From positions 435,496 to 499,495 of the forward strand of contig MNCI01002657.1 in assembly GCA_015680685.1 (NCBI GenBank): a stretch of DNA of 64,000 bases. Reading direction: 5' to 3'. This document shows, in pieces, positions 26,391-41,200 of the stretch. A program made the translations under genes and the position numbers. Source of the stretch: Gnetum montanum. Its lineage: Eukaryota; Plantae; Gnetophyta. Within the stretch, counting starts at the first letter, position 1. Each line of letters starts with the position of its first letter. The notes under the pieces are model-generated. The model ran no database searches. It saw only the letters and a program-made list of their open reading frames with translations, and was not told the DNA's origin.

Positions 26391-26714
26391 AGGAAACATT
26401 TGCACAAATGATGTGTACCCATATTTTCTTACCCTATGCATCTATAATTATGTGATTGTCTCTAATTATAGCCTTTTAGCCTAGTTCACACGTTACCCTT
26501 ATGAAACATTTTTTAACTTTATGTTAAATTTTAATTTGCATGTCGTCTAAATTTTACACTTGTTTGCATTTTTACTTTTAAGGTCTTTTCATCTTCCTTT
26601 TTAGAATATTAAATACAAAAACATCATAAGAAGTATAAAACTAGAAAAATCCATAAAAAAGTTTTAAAATATAAAATTGATAAAAAAATTTTTCCTTTGC
26701 AAATCCTATTGTCC

Positions 26715-26832
26715 TTCATGGCCTTAAATTGGCAAATTGTATGGCCTACCATGGCCTTAAACTAGCAAATTGTATGGGCCACCATGTTCTTAAATTGAAA
26801 AATTGTATGGCTTGCCATGGTCTAAAACTGAC
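26715..26832 (+). repeat. About 4 hairpin-TAAACT units after the protease (H)
   Basis: GGCC taccat GGCC ttaaactag in ~33-bp tandem units. Confidence 0.75.
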
Positions 26833-27099
26833 AAACATTTATAGCCTACTTACAACCTAGTTTACATATAACACATGACACATTTAAAACATTGAATATT
26901 ATGAAACCATAAATAAAATTAAATAGATTTAAAGACAATAATTGAAATATCATAACACATAACCACAATCACAAGAGTTTAAATAGTTTTTAGAACAATA
27001 AGCCATCAATCAATAGCCAAAATGCTAATGCTAGTCTCAACATCATAATGTCAACATTATAGATCAATAACAATAGACATAACTAAGAGCATGATCAAA

Positions 27100-30000
27100 A
27101 TAGATGCATCTAAGATGCAACTAGAGGAGGAGGAGGAGTGTCTCTAATGTGATAACTGCTAGGGCTACTAGCCTCATTTGTGATCTACAATAACAAATAT
27201 AAACATAAATATGTAACAAAAAGATTAAACTAAGTAGCCAACAACAAGTAATAAGCTAAATTAAACTAGACTGAAATAAATTAAAATAAAACTAAAATAA
27301 GAAAACCTGAGAGAGTAAGTAGCATTTTCCATGGAAAAATTTTAAAGATGAACCTCCAAATGATGGAGGACCTGATCTTTGATCATGTTAGCCTAGTCCA
27401 CATCCCAAATATTAACACTAGTGAGGATGTTAGTGTCATTGATGTCACTCCTTGTAGGAAGCTCATGTAGGAATATGGTAGTAGTTATGTCCCTTGAAGT
27501 AGTGGTGATATGATGAGCAGGGAAGTCAACTATAACCAAGCTATCTACAAACAACTTGTAGGTGTCCTCTACATGGATCCATTTTCTAAATAACTCCAAC
27601 CGGCACCATATAGTAGACTCATCTTGCAACCATTTAAGATAGGCATATCCCTCAACTTTGTACTTTCTCTTATGATCCTTTTGTGCTCGGTCCCACTCAA
27701 GGAGCCAAGCACAATAATATTTTATTCATTGGCCTTGTAAGACAATAGGTGCATTTGAATTTTTTTCTCTATGACCTCTTTGGCAAGGGAATCCTTGTGA
27801 TGAATAACATTTCAATATTATTCCCAAGTTATGTCCTTGGTATGCAAGAAGTTCCTATTGGCTACTTGAGCTTTCACAAACTCCTTATGATCTATAAGAT
27901 CCTTCACCTCCTTGACTAGGCTTTTATTGTCCCTCTTTGATTACACAACTTATTCCCACAAGAACTCATTAGAGCATCTACATTCCCATAAAGCTTTTGC
28001 ATATGAAAGTGCACATGAAGTGGCACTCTTGTACAACTTACATGGAACATTCTCCACATTAGGAGGTACAATAGGTAATGCATCAATCTCCACAGCCTAG
28101 TTAGGAGTGCATCTCAGCTTAGGTAATGTAAATGACACAACAAAATTTGACACATAAAACTCATTAACAATTTAAAACAAAACATAAAAAAAGCTAGATA
28201 ACCATAGAAATCATGTGAAAATTGAAGACATGTAAACAAAAAAAGGAAAATGGGTTATAAATCTTACCATATTTGGAAGCTATCTATTGCAACTGGCCAA
28301 TTATGTCTTTAGCAATGCCCTGCATAAACTTAATCTTATGAGGGGTGCTGTCCATGGTTTCATGTGGAATGTAGAGGTGGAATTAGCCACTTGAAGCTTT
28401 GGAACTATAACAAGCATAATAAACAATCAATAGTTGTGACCAAGATCAATCATGAAACTAAAAAAAATAATATATATGACATATGAAACTAAAAATCATA
28501 AGTACCTAAGAGGCCCTCTGGTGTGATGATAGGAGGTTTACCTAGTTGTGAATCCCCAAACATGGCATCAAAGTTATCCTATGGAGAATTGGATAGACCC
28601 TCATCCTCATGATGTTGTAATGCTCCCTCCTATTGACACCTTCGTTCTACCTCAGCTACTACTACTGCTACTATGGCTACCTATTCTTGTTACCTGCCTA
28701 TAGGAATAACAATAAAAAAATATAGAACAACTTAACATACTTTGCCTAAGACAAAATCATAACTTAACTACATTACTTAAAAAATAATTTCAAAACAAAT
28801 GAATAGAAAATAATAAAATAAATAGAATTTACCTTTAATCCTATGATGCACCCAGTTAAGTTTAATGATTAATCTTCTTTTCAAAGTATCCTCAATGACT
28901 AGTGCTATCTCATCAACTATAGGCTTCTTTAGTTTTGCTCTAGTTGAATCCTTAGCTTTGGTAGACAACTCCTTAGCCTTTTCCATGTTTTCATGCTCAA
29001 CATGGGGCACTCTCCCCATGTTATTAGGGGATTCAAAATGGTTATCACCAATTTCCTTGGTGGTGATAGATAGTGATTCATCCACATCCTTTGGTGGATC
29101 CTAAGCCTACGTGGTTAGAATAAGATGTCTTATCTAAACCTTAGCAAGTTGGGATGGATCTTGAATCACTCATCACTCATTCTTCCTCACCAAAAGGAAC
29201 TCCATAAATCCCCATAGGTATGCTAAGTAAAATGTGAAATGCATATGACACTTTGTCTTGAGATTATCCCAAAACTTTGGTATTTTCCCATGAAGCCTAG
29301 AAACCAAATGAGTAGTCTAGTTAAATTGGGTGTTCTTAGTAAGTACCTTCTTCATGGTCCATGTCTATTTAACATCCATTATATTTCCCTATGATAAAAA
29401 CTTAGGAAATTCTTAAGATCAAATAGGGATAAATCTCTCTAGCCTTTAGAACTTGGAACTTTCTTAGAGAGAACCACCTATGACCACGGTGAGTTTTTAG
29501 CCACTCTTTCACTTCCTCTTAGTGGTCCACCCTCATTTCTTGCTTTGGTGACAATCATCATGCCCTCATTAGGGACATCAAAGAGGTCACTAAAGGGGGA
29601 CTCATTAATAGCCAAAATAATAGACACACTATGAACATAGGTAACAAACCTCTTAACTCCTTTGCTAAAAAAGTTGATGATGTTCACCATCTCTGTAGTG
29701 GAGATGAATGGGATTGGGACCATGAAGAGATCTAGCAAGCTTGTATGAACAATCCTTGCTTGAATGGCCTTAGATGCCTAATCAACCAACTAGTGCTATA
29801 CAAATTCCACATCACCAAACTTGAGGATTAATGTTTCTTTGGTGTATCCTGAAGTGATTATTGCAACATCAGATGATGACACAACTCCTATAACATAATA
29901 AAAAAAAATAGTCCATTAGCCTTGACATAGGTGCATCATGTTAAATAAAATATAACAAATATAACCAAATTCAAAAAAAACTAGTGTATCCATTTAAATA

Positions 30001-30900
30001 ACCAAAGCCTAAATAACTAAATGACCACATAACTAGAAAAATGTTGGCATGAAGGTAACCAAAATAAATAAGAAAAATACTTACTTTGCCTAGGTGATGA
30101 AGGCTAGGGATGCTAGGAGATGGGTTTGGGTCTGCATCACGAGGCAAGTTGTCCCACCAACTATGTATCTTTGGTAGGCCTTAGGATGACATTTGACATG
30201 ATTGTCAAAATCATCCTTCAATTGCTCCATCACTGCAAGCCTCAGTATTGGGCTTTTGGTAAACATCCCCAATGCTATTTTTGGCCTAAGGGTAAATTAT
30301 TTTTATCCTTGAACAATCCTTGATCATTTACCCTATACCTGTAGGTGTTTGAAATGATGAAAATTATTATAACTTAATTACAAGACAAAAGACAAATAAT
30401 AATAAACTAAAAATAAATTTTAATAATTAATTGTACTCTTCTATATGGTAGATGATGTCAAGAGGATTCTTAAACAATGTGTGCATGTGGTGGCCAACCA
30501 TCTAAGTGTTGTTGATGTTGAATTGATTGAATTTGAGTACCTTCCAAATTTTGGATAATTTTTGAGTGCCCATAGTGTTCATGTCATCATGTATTTCACC
30601 CTCTACATGGGTCTTAGGATCATCAACTAGGAACTTGATGATAACACTAGAAGAGCGAGGAAAGATGGTTTCCACAATAACAACTGCTAGATGTGATGCT
30701 AAGTGTGACCAAATCATCAATACTAAATTTCTACAACAAGTAGCATAGGAAATATTTTTACCCTATCCTAAAGCATAGAGAGTAGTGTTCTAACTTCATA
30801 TTAGAAGGCAGAGTGTTGGGCCCTGGCATGTGAATACAACATAGGAGCCCCACTAGCTTAATTACTATCAGGATAGGCTTCAAGAAGGCCTTGCACCATC
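27100..30900 (-). pseudogene. Antisense multi-exon accessory gene, copy H (exon 1 separated or lost at the D insertion)
   Basis: ORFs 30502 (MIWSHLASHL), 29478 (FVTYVHSVSIILAINESPFSDLFDVP) and 28777; AT-rich introns at the same positions as in other copies. Confidence 0.75.
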
Positions 30901-31384
30901 CAAAAAATAACCATCACAAACTTGTGTAAACCAAAATTAAAACTTCACAATTCTTAAATAACAAGAATCTTATAATTATCATGTCAATGTTTTCACATGA
31001 GCATAACAACAAAATTCATAATTTTCATACTTTACAACCAAATAACAGTTCAATCAAAGAAAAGAAAAATTAGAAAAAAAAATACCAAATGGCTTATTAG
31101 CATTGATGGCTACCTCATGATGAAAATAAACATAAAATATTTGGTATAAATTTTGTATAAATCATGAGCACTAGTATGTACTCAAGATCCAACATCAACA
31201 ACAAATTCCAACTTGAGATTGATAGAGTTCCAACTAGAAATCCTAGTTTGCATTGAAAATAGATGTAGTAAAAACTCTAGGAAGACTAGCCAAAGATTTT
31301 GAGAAAATTCTAATAATTATCTACATAGACTAGCCAAAAAATTTAGAAATCAACATACACTTGGTAAATAACCATTAGAAGTCT

Positions 31385-33085
31385 TGAAACACCCCAAAAA
31401 AATGCGAGGTCATTCTTGCATCAACAGGCATGGCAATCCGCAGAGCACTATGAAAGTTCTTCAGAAGAAGAACGTTATGAGTTTAGACCGACCAGTTTGG
31501 AAAATTTTCTACTTTTGGCATGGATAAGCTCCACATCATCCTGCCTATCCACCAAAGTAGCCTTCCTAGCTGACAGCCTGTTTAGAAGTAGTGCACGGAG
31601 TCGGCAGTAGCATTCTGGATGCGCAAAAAATAGTTTGGCAAGTTTTCTAAGTTACGAAGCCTGCTACTCTACGCTATGTAGTGTAGCAAGCTTCAAAAGA
31701 TGATGGTGAAACGAAGTGCTACGCTACACTATGCCACGTAGCGTAGCATGGCAATGACTTCACTACCCATTCCCCTCACCTGATTTCAAGTTCTGCAATG
31801 ATGTCCCTTTCTGTCAGGAAGTAGCAGACCATGTCTATTGCTACGCTACACTAAGCTACATGGCGCAACAAGGTGTAGCAATCTTGCAAAAGAGACAAAA
31901 GGTAGTTCGAAAGGTGGAGTCAATGGAGTTTGCAAGAGTTGCATCCCAGGAGACAAGGTTTACAAATCGGAAAGCTTTCATGACTAAGGCCAGTTGCTAT
32001 GCTATGCTACGCTACGTAGCATAGCATAGTGTAACAAGCGTGTGACATATAGCAGAATGTGCGACAAAGTGCTACGCTACACCAAGCATGCTACGTCATA
32101 AAGCATAGCAAGGCATGCAGGTGGTTGTGCGACATCAATGCACTCCACCTAATCAGACCATTGGCACATATCTCATGATGCTGACGGTGCAATTACGGCA
32201 TAGTAGGATTGTAGTTATCGTATATAGGTTTGCATCGCAATGGTCTTGTAGGTCCAATAGTCACAAATGGCATGAGTGGTACTAACAAGACAATGAAGGC
32301 CTGAGGCACGTAGCATTCAAACCACCCCTTTCACACGCCCTTGATCCTATAAATACCCCGACAAACAACATGCAAAAAAAAAGTCCGCAATTTTTAAACG
32401 TTGGTAATTTCAAAAGAGTTGGCATCCTTCTTGAAGAAAATAGCTCCCAAGGGATGGGAACTTTGGAATTCTGAAACAAATACTTCTCCTCTCTCCAACA
32501 TTGTAACATCAAAGTCATCTATTTAACACTGTAAACAATGAGTCTCTCTCACCTGGTGTGGGATCCCTTCTTCATTCTACCACCTTGGTAGAACCCTACA
32601 TTGTTTGTACCCAAGTCCATGTCCAAGCACATAGCTCATTTTGCTCGACACGCCTTGGTTACTCTCGGGATTTTTGCACTCTGTCATGCTATGCAACCGA
32701 TTGTATCCACCCTGACCAAGCGAGTTTGTAGCTTCGGAGCGGTGCATGTTTCTAACTACACTTTACTTTATTTCTTGCTTGTTGTCTCATTTTGCATCAT
32801 TTTCTATTTTATTCACCTTTAAGCATTACTTCGTATTACTGTCACATTTTTTACAGTTTCTCTCCTGCTTCATTTACTTTCAAGCATTATCTCACATTTC
32901 GCATTATTTACGTTGCAAAAGGCTATATTGACACCGATGTAAGTCCCTATCTGATTGAATAGACCATTCAGGGCACCTCGTATCTACACACATCTAGCAT
33001 GGCCCTCCCATGGATACGGGGTCGGAACTGTCATGCCCACCGAACCCCCGGTGTTTTCCAGCTGTCAACGTTTTCGATCGCTATA
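31385..33085 (+). repeat. 5' LTR of D
   Basis: Starts TGAAACACC like 44111 and 61519; TATA ctataaata near 32347; ends tcgctata before the PBS; U5 homologous to 4403-4545. Confidence 0.85.
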
Positions 33086-33091
33086 GTTTTC

Positions 33092-33106
33092 TGGCGCTAG
33101 AAGGAG
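33092..33106 (+). promoter_or_regulatory. Primer binding site of D
   Basis: TGGCGCTAGAAGGAG. Confidence 0.9.
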
Positions 33107-33149
33107 AGCCTTTTGGTGCCTTTTCCACATGTCACGGTAGTTCTGTGAG

Positions 33150-34010
33150 CCTTTTGCACCCTGATACATGTAAGCGTAAACACGACACCCTCTTGCAGTT
33201 GTTTGTGCTTTGTGCGGTGTAGACCGGTCGCCTCGATGGCTCCTCAGGAGCCCTACAAAACATAAGACCTCTGATCGTCGGCTAACTAGCTTATTTTATG
33301 GTTGTCTTGCATGCATTCTGTACCTCATCTTATGTGGTACAGATCATTTACTTTGATGGTCCCTCTGGGATCCTATGAGATGCAAAGCTTGCTTGATCAC
33401 TAGTTAGTTCACCCGTCTTACGGTTGTCTTGCATGTGTTTTGGACCCCACCTCGTGTGGAACAGACTGGTCGCTTCAATAGTTCCTTGGGGATCCTGCAA
33501 GATGCAAAGCCTTCTAGATTAGCTCACTTACCTTACGGTAGCCTCACAAGCCTTCTACACCCCGATATGCATTAGCGTAGACTTGACACCATCTACAGTT
33601 GTTTACGCGTCATACAGTGTAGATCAGTCGCCTCGACGGTCCCTCCAGGACTCAGCTAGACATAAAGCCTTCTGACGGTGAGTTAACTTGCCTTCCCTTT
33701 TACAGTCGTCTTGCATGCGCTCTACATCCTAGCTCACATAGGCTTAAACGTGACATCCTTCTGTGGTTGTTTGTGCCTTGTGTGATGTAGGTTGGTTGCC
33801 TCGATAGTCCCTCTGAGATCCTACGAGACATAACATCTTCTTGATCGCTTGTCAACTAAACTTGCCTTACGGTAGTCTTGCACGTGCTCTGTACCTCATC
33901 ACGCACTAGCATAAATGTGACACCATTTGTGATTGTTTATGCTTTGTGTGGTACAGATCGGTCGCCTCAGCAGTTCCTCTAGAATTTGGCAAGACGTAAA
34001 GCCACCTTTT
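33150..34010 (+). repeat. Six degenerate 120-165 bp tandem repeats in the D 5' leader
   Basis: Recurring gtggtacagatcggtcgcctcga..gtccct..ggatcct.caagac.taaagcc near 33215, 33333, 33455, 33615, 33782 and 33947. Confidence 0.75.
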
Positions 34011-34077
34011 GTTGCTTTTTCAGCCCTTTTGTTCTTTTTGCACTTCTTGCATTTTTTGCATAATCACTTGCTTAGCA

Positions 34078-37000
34078 ATGGCTTTTTCCACCATTGCTAT
34101 TAACACCTTCAACATGGAGGTACCCTTCATAGTTTAAGGCACCACTCGTGCTAAACAACTGCTAAACCCTACGATGGAAGCACATCGATCTCTCAAAATC
34201 CAAAATAAGGGACCTGAGGGATTAGCCTACCAACATAAGCATTATAGTTTCCTTTACGCGAAGGTGTAGTTTCACTTATTGCAATGGGAAGAAATTCGTT
34301 CCTACCCCCGACGTTCCTTTACTTTTAACGTAAGTGTATCAAAGGCTACTAGACTAATTGATCTAGTTGGCTAGACTTAGGGAGCAACCGGACACCGCGT
34401 CCAACCAGGATGAAACCTTTCAAGATGGATAGGAGGAGCTCGATTCCCAATCTGACGAGGGCATAATCATTCTGGGCATTCAAGATGAAACCTATGCTTC
34501 AGTAGCCTACAATTGCAACTGCAATGGGTAGCCATGCGACATACTCAGCATATCATCACCCTTATTTCCCGGTTGCGCGCGTAGCAATTGTGCCACTTCA
34601 AACTATTTATCAGCACATCCCTACGGTGTGCAACATGCCTATCATGACTACCCTACCGCATGTCTATACTGTACCTACTTCGCAACCGCACATAACTTCT
34701 ATGCCAATTCCTACGTACGCATCTATTCCAATCACTATGGCAGGCCTAGGCTCATCCATGTGGTGGACCCCATTCACCTCTTCATCTGTTCTACAACCGT
34801 CGCAGATGTCTCACTACATTCACCCTCAGACCTACCCAACCCTGCAAATGGTACATCCTGGCACGGGGCCATGGTCTGTCCCACCGGTAACCCAAATGGT
34901 CTATCTAGCGACTCAACTTGCTATTACCGCTCTGAAAATACCACCCACTAGGTGGTGGATAACGCAAGCAGCACCTTTAGCGGGGATGGCCCCAACAGAA
35001 CCGCCGATGGGTCAACCCACCATCGCCACCATGCCGCATGTGGAAGTTGCCTCTATAGTTCCTCAACCATCTACAACGTCACTAGGTTTGGACCAAGCAT
35101 TTCAGCTCATCCAGATCCTAACTGAGGAAATAAAATGCCTCAAAGCTATTGGGTCTGACACGGTACAAGTCATGGACTTTTATCACGATGACCCCATCAA
35201 CCTTGCAATCCCTGCTTTGATATTACCACCTAGGATGTCTCTCCCACACTTCAGGAAGTAGGATGGGGAGGGAGATCCCAATACACATCTCATCACTTTT
35301 TGGTCAGTCTTTGCTATTGCAACAATGGCCACATACGATCATTCACGTCATCGCCATGTCCCTAGCTGGGAAAGCCCTAGATTGGTACCACACGTTGCCA
35401 CGTTCATCTATTTCAACTTTGGAAGAAATCTTAACCCCGTTTGTGACATGCTTCAAGTAAAACTTGAAGCCAGAAACCACGCTAGATCAGCTGATGGGCG
35501 TGAAACAAGACCCACTAGAACTAGTCTAAAAATTCATTCAACGTTGGAGCATGACCCTTAACGAAATCTGTGAGCCCATTGCAGAGGCTCACTTGTTAGC
35601 CATCTTCAAGGGTGCAGTGAACGACTTCATCAAGTCCAAACTGTATTATCTCGCTCCATGCTCTCTTAGCCAAGCTTTTGCTCAGACTAAAAGCATACAA
35701 GACATGACCGAGGCAAGAAAAGTCCCAGCCTACATCGGTTACAAGAACAACTTTGCAAAAAAGGACAAGGGTAAGGCCCCAACAACCACAATGGCCACTG
35801 TGGCAACCAAGGCTAATCCCAAACCTAACAACAGTGGAAGCAAGAATAAAAAGAAGCTGGCCATACCTACGGCTAACTCTGCGCCCAAACTGGGCCAAAC
35901 ACCACAACCCACTGCACCTACACCCAAGACATCTACATATACTAAACCCAACTTCAAATGCACAGATCATTCAAAATACACCCCACTACCTCTCAAACCT
36001 TAAGAACTCCTATAGCAACTGTTGGCAGTGGGATACATCCAACACAAGTAGATGTCGGAGGAAGAAAACATGAGACATTAACACTACTACGAGTTTCTTA
36101 GGAATCCCTCTTTGGCCCTGCTCAATGAGCCTCCAGTTCATAGGGGTTTCAGGCTAGATAGGTTTTGTGACTACCACCAACTATGTGGTCACACCATGGA
36201 TTATTGTATGTCGTTGTAGGATGACATCCAAAGATTAATTAACTTGGGAAAGCTGGTGCTGAATGAAAGCAACCCAGTACACCCTGAAAATCAATCTATG
36301 TATGTCTACATAGATACCCTCAACGCCAATAATGCTGATTACGTAATCAATGCCATCAGTATTGACAATGATCCCAGGCCATCCTTACAGCTGTTTGTGA
36401 TTCATGTGCCTCAGCGTAGTGCACCAATACCACCAATGGTCGGTCCAAGCTTGTAGCTGCCCTTCATCCTGAAAGTCCCACCATGGGCATCTACCTCTAC
36501 ACCACCTGTTGACAATGTTACGTGACCTCATCAGTTAACACCTCTAGCTCCACTCATCATCAGGGGGCCAACATCTTCGACAACCCCCATCTCGTGTAAC
36601 AACATTAAATAGCCTCCTCGCCCCACAAGGTGAGAAGCCCACTTGGTGGGCGAGATGTCAAAGGGAAGTATAGTCAAAGGTATCTCCAAGCCTATGCCTT
36701 CGCCCCTTGTATTTACACCTTCATCACCAAAGATGAAGGTCAACATGATTACACAGCCTGCAATACCTTGCCGACAAGGATCTGAACCTAGGTCTGAGGT
36801 CGTCTCTCCTCAAGAGATTCATCTTCTAGGATGAATCGAAGAGGAGGAAAGTGTCAAATATGCGAGCAGCCAAGACTTCTTGGATGCCCTTACCTAGGTC
36901 GGGCAAGTCCTAAAGCAAAAAAATGCTACATTAAGCTTGTGCGACCTAGTCATGACATCCGTGCCTCACCAAGAGGCTCTAGTCTACATGTTAATGGTGA

Positions 37001-37750
37001 TTCTGGTTGATGGGAACATGCTAGTGGAAGAGGGAGCGATCCACTCAGTAATACTTCCCTTTGTACCCGCAGAGTCTGCAACACCTCAATTAATTTTTAG
37101 TAACAACGCCATTAGGGAAGATCCTGAAGGAGGTCAATTGACTATGACGTCTCTCTTTATGACAATTTGGGTCAGCCAACACCAGATCTGAAGGGTACAC
37201 ATTGATGATGGAGCTGCCATGAACGTCATTCCTTTCCCTATTGTGGACAAGTTGGGATTGTTCGACTAGATCAAACCAACAACGACATTATGTCTAAGGT
37301 CATTCAATGGGGCATGCATCCTGGTGAAGGGCACGGTTCACGTAAACTTCATAGTAGGGGACTAGTTCCCCATAGAAGCAATGTTCATCATAGTAGAAAA
37401 AATGCCTAGGTTTAACCTGATCTTGGGGAGATCATGGTTAGCTTAACTTAGGGCTATCTCCTCACCTATACACTAGGAAATCCACTTACCATACGCAGGT
37501 AGAGAGGTGGTAATCCATGGTGATGAAGTGGCAACACAAGCAATTAGCAACGTAGGCATGGAACAGGGTTTAGAAGTTACAACCTCTGAGGATGAAGCAC
37601 CTGATCATGCATGCATTAATCATGCAATGGAATGATTGGTCTAGCAAATTGACCCTCAAATCGAAAATGCATGGGTTGAGTTGCCCTGGTGAATGGGGGC
37701 CCTGGTGAAAAACCTCGACCAACCCACGATGGGTCAAGAAGTAGCTACGC
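34078..37750 (+). pseudogene. gag: gag-protease of D
   Basis: ORFs 34524, 35263 and 35551 match L and E Gag; FCDYHQLCGH..YC; HIDDGA at ~37200; LILGRSW. Confidence 0.9.
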
Positions 37751-37847
37751 ATAGCATAGAAGCCCTACGGCTTCCCACCTGATCGCTATCCTTGTACATT
37801 CGCTGTTTTCTTGCCTTGTTAGTATGCCGACCATTCGGCATGCTACG

Positions 37848-38105
37848 CTACGGCCCGAAATGGCCTAAAAATAACATCGTTGCATTCCACTTTATTAACA
37901 TACCACTCTTCTAGCCTGCTATGCTAATGGCCCAAAATGGCCTAAAACTAGCATCATCGCCTTATTGCTTTGTTAATGAACTACCTCTTTTGGCATTGGC
38001 TCGAAATGGCCTAAAACCAGCATTATCGCTTGTCACTTTAATTTTTCACGCAATGGCCTAAAATGGCCCAAAACTAGCAATGGCCCAAGATGGCCTAAAA
38101 CTAGT
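37848..38105 (+). repeat. Five hairpin-TAAACT units after the protease (D)
   Basis: GGCC cgaaat GGCC, GGCC caaaat GGCC, GGCC taaaat GGCC, GGCC caagat GGCC, mostly followed by (t/c)aaaactag. Confidence 0.8.
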
Positions 38106-38269
38106 ATATGAAAGCATGAAAACTTTACATAATATACAAGTTAACACAAAATCGATTTCCTTTCTGAAGTTTTTCATTTGATTCAAAATTTTCACCTATT
38201 GGCAATGTTGCAAAATTTTTGAAAAAAAAAATTTTAAAAAGGAAAATCCCATGCTATCATGGATTGTTT

Positions 38270-41200
38270 CTGTTTGCAACGCCTTCACCATTTGCCTCCA
38301 CTCCATCTACTTGTACATCATCCGCTCTTGCATTGCCTTCTACTAATCCTACATTCCCTCTCCCCACAGGTCTCGCACCCTCATCTAGAGCTTACGTAGC
38401 AAGAATGAAGTAGTTAGCTAGGGAAAAAAATGCGATAAATGCAAGCTACAAAATAACATGAAAGCCACTAACCTGAGAGAAGCCTGTGCCAGTCTCAAGG
38501 GGTATCTAGTCTAGAACAACCCTGAGGTGACGCCAAATCTCCTCTATCGAAATATCCATCTAACGCCCATTGCTGGGTTCAACATTCACTGCAGCAACCT
38601 TCTCCCTTTCCGCAGTTGTCCATTTTAGAGGTTTTATGGAAAGGGAAGCAGTTGTGGTCTCTCCTATAGGAAGGTTCACCCTCAAGTCAGGAGATTACAT
38701 GACCTCCACCCACTCTTTAAACTTAGCATAGGCCTCAGAAGTGTCGATGGTTTTCACGAACACTTCATAAGTGAATGCCTCCACAGTAGTGTCTCTGTAC
38801 AGTTTTTGGTGGGTCTCATTCTCTAGCTTGTACATATGTTTATGGTCTCTTTGGGTTTTCCCCCATTTGAAGACCTTAGCGTTGATGTCTTTCATGTCTT
38901 GGCACTTTTGGGTAGCAAATCCATCTACCTTTGCTATTCGACTATCTTGCGGGTGGATTCAACGTTCTGATGAACAATGGTCCAAAACTTGGCGTAGTCA
39001 TCTATAGCCCTCTTCCAATCGACTGGGTTAAGGTTGTGGTTTATAAGAAAAGTGTTCCTCGACCTAAGATTCTCCACCTCAGCAGCTAGATTGGCCTCTC
39101 TCTGCTCAACCCTTTGGACCCATTTCCATAGGTCCTCATTGGTGCATCTACATTCCCATAGAGAGCGTGCCGAGTGCAAGACATACTTATAAGCTTCGTC
39201 AAACATGTGATGAGATACCTTAGTCACGTTAGGCGAGAGTGTGGGCACCATGCCAACCTTCATAGGTCGTGCCGAGTCCCACTTGAGCTGAGAGGTTGTT
39301 TAATGCAGGGAACATAGTAATCGCGTTAGCATAGCATAATCAAAAAACTTGAAAACTTCAGCGTAGCAACATAAGGGTAGTTAACGCTGATACTTACCCA
39401 CACGAGGGTCCACCTGTTGAAGGCGTCTGATCATATCGTCAACAAGTCCCTGCACGAACGTAAACTTGTCAAGGATGTCGGCCCACGACTTTGTACGAAG
39501 CGAAGGAGGTCCTGCGGTGTCAGAAGTAACACCTGTTACATGATTAAGCATGTCAGCAATAGCCAAAATGGACTATTATGAGATAGACATCTCACAAACT
39601 CACCAATGCCTAACTGCAGTCTTTCTTCTTGCTGAGACCAGACAACCGTGGTAGCCACAGTAGAGGGCCTTGCCAAATCCATGCAAGTCCCTTCCTCATG
39701 CACTGGTGCCTTTCCTTTTAGGACACTAGCATATTTTTTATTTTTGGAAGGTACCTCTTTGTTGGTAGGAAGAGGCTCCCTAATGACAAGAGCCCCTACC
39801 CTAAAGAAAAAAGCTCCATTATTCCTGATCGGGGCCCTTTCCTCCGAAACTAGGGCCTTCGCATCTTTATTTCTCACCCCCGTCCTAAGGGCTGACACTT
39901 CCTCATCGCCTCCTTCTTCATCTTCTTCTTCCTCTGCTAAGCAACAAATTCATGTTTGCATCGATTCAAAACAAGCTAGTTCAAAAAAGGTGCTACACTA
40001 CGCCGCACCGCCTAGCATGGCATAGCATAGAAAACTATAACGAAATAAACATTATACAAAAATGCTTAACAATGAGGCGTTGCATCCATCATAGCTTAAG
40101 CCGCAGTCTCCGTCCCTCCTCTTCACAAGAGCTTTCCTTGGCTAGGGGAGGTCTCTTCCTTCACAACTCCTTAGGCACAGTCTCAGCTATGAGATGTTCA
40201 CCCTGTATCACGCTACAGGCTATAAAAGGGGGCGTCTCTCCTACACTGTCCTGGCCACGAGTACTATGAACTACCAAACCTTTAGTCATTACAAAAAATA
40301 ACTCCTTGACCATTTTTGAGGGATCCTGGGCCTACATAGTTTGGAGGACCTACCGAATCCATGGCTTGGGAATCTGGTCGAGGTCTAGCATGGACCAAAC
40401 TCCATCCTCCTAGACCACTAGGAACTCCACGAAGTGCTTTAAACAACCTATGTAGAAGGCATAGTGTATGTTAGAGTGGGACTTTGTTTGCTCACGGAGT
40501 TCCAAAATCTCAGCCTGCAAACCACTACATAGGAATTTGGCCCAGTTGTAATGGGCCTCCTCCTCCATGACTTCTTGCATTACCCAGGTTTGCTCAAGCC
40601 CCAGGACCTTCCCTTGGGTGAGCAGTTGAGGGAATGCATGGGCATGAAAGACTAGGTATATCCCCATGGCAGGGCCGTCCTTAAGCTTTTCCATAGGGAA
40701 CCCTTTTCTCTCCTTGGAGAGCCTCAACCACTCCTTGATATGCTTCTTCTACAGGGTCAACTCTTATTTGCCTTTCGACACTATGGGGGCACCATCAATA
40801 GGAATGCCAAATAGATCTGCAAACAGCTGTTCGTTGATGTCAATGACCACCTGCACGCCTTGCACATATGTGCGAAAATGACTCACCTTCCTAGAGAAGG
40901 AGTTAACCAAGGAAAGTTTCTCGATAGCACAGACGCCTAGATTCGACACCATAAACAGATCCATAAGCCCTGCCCTTTGGACTTTCCTGAGTAAAGAGTC
41001 CGGGGCCCCTCATTCTAACAAGCTCTAGCTCACCACTACTTCACCGTATTTGAAGTAGATGTTTGCTCCCTGCCTCTTGGCAGTTACCACTATCACCTCA
41101 CGAGGCTTCTTTGCCCCTGCAACAATTTTCACAAAACACACTCAGCCTAACAATGCAGAGAATGCAAAGATTATGAAAACACTTGAGTATGTGGTGCCTA

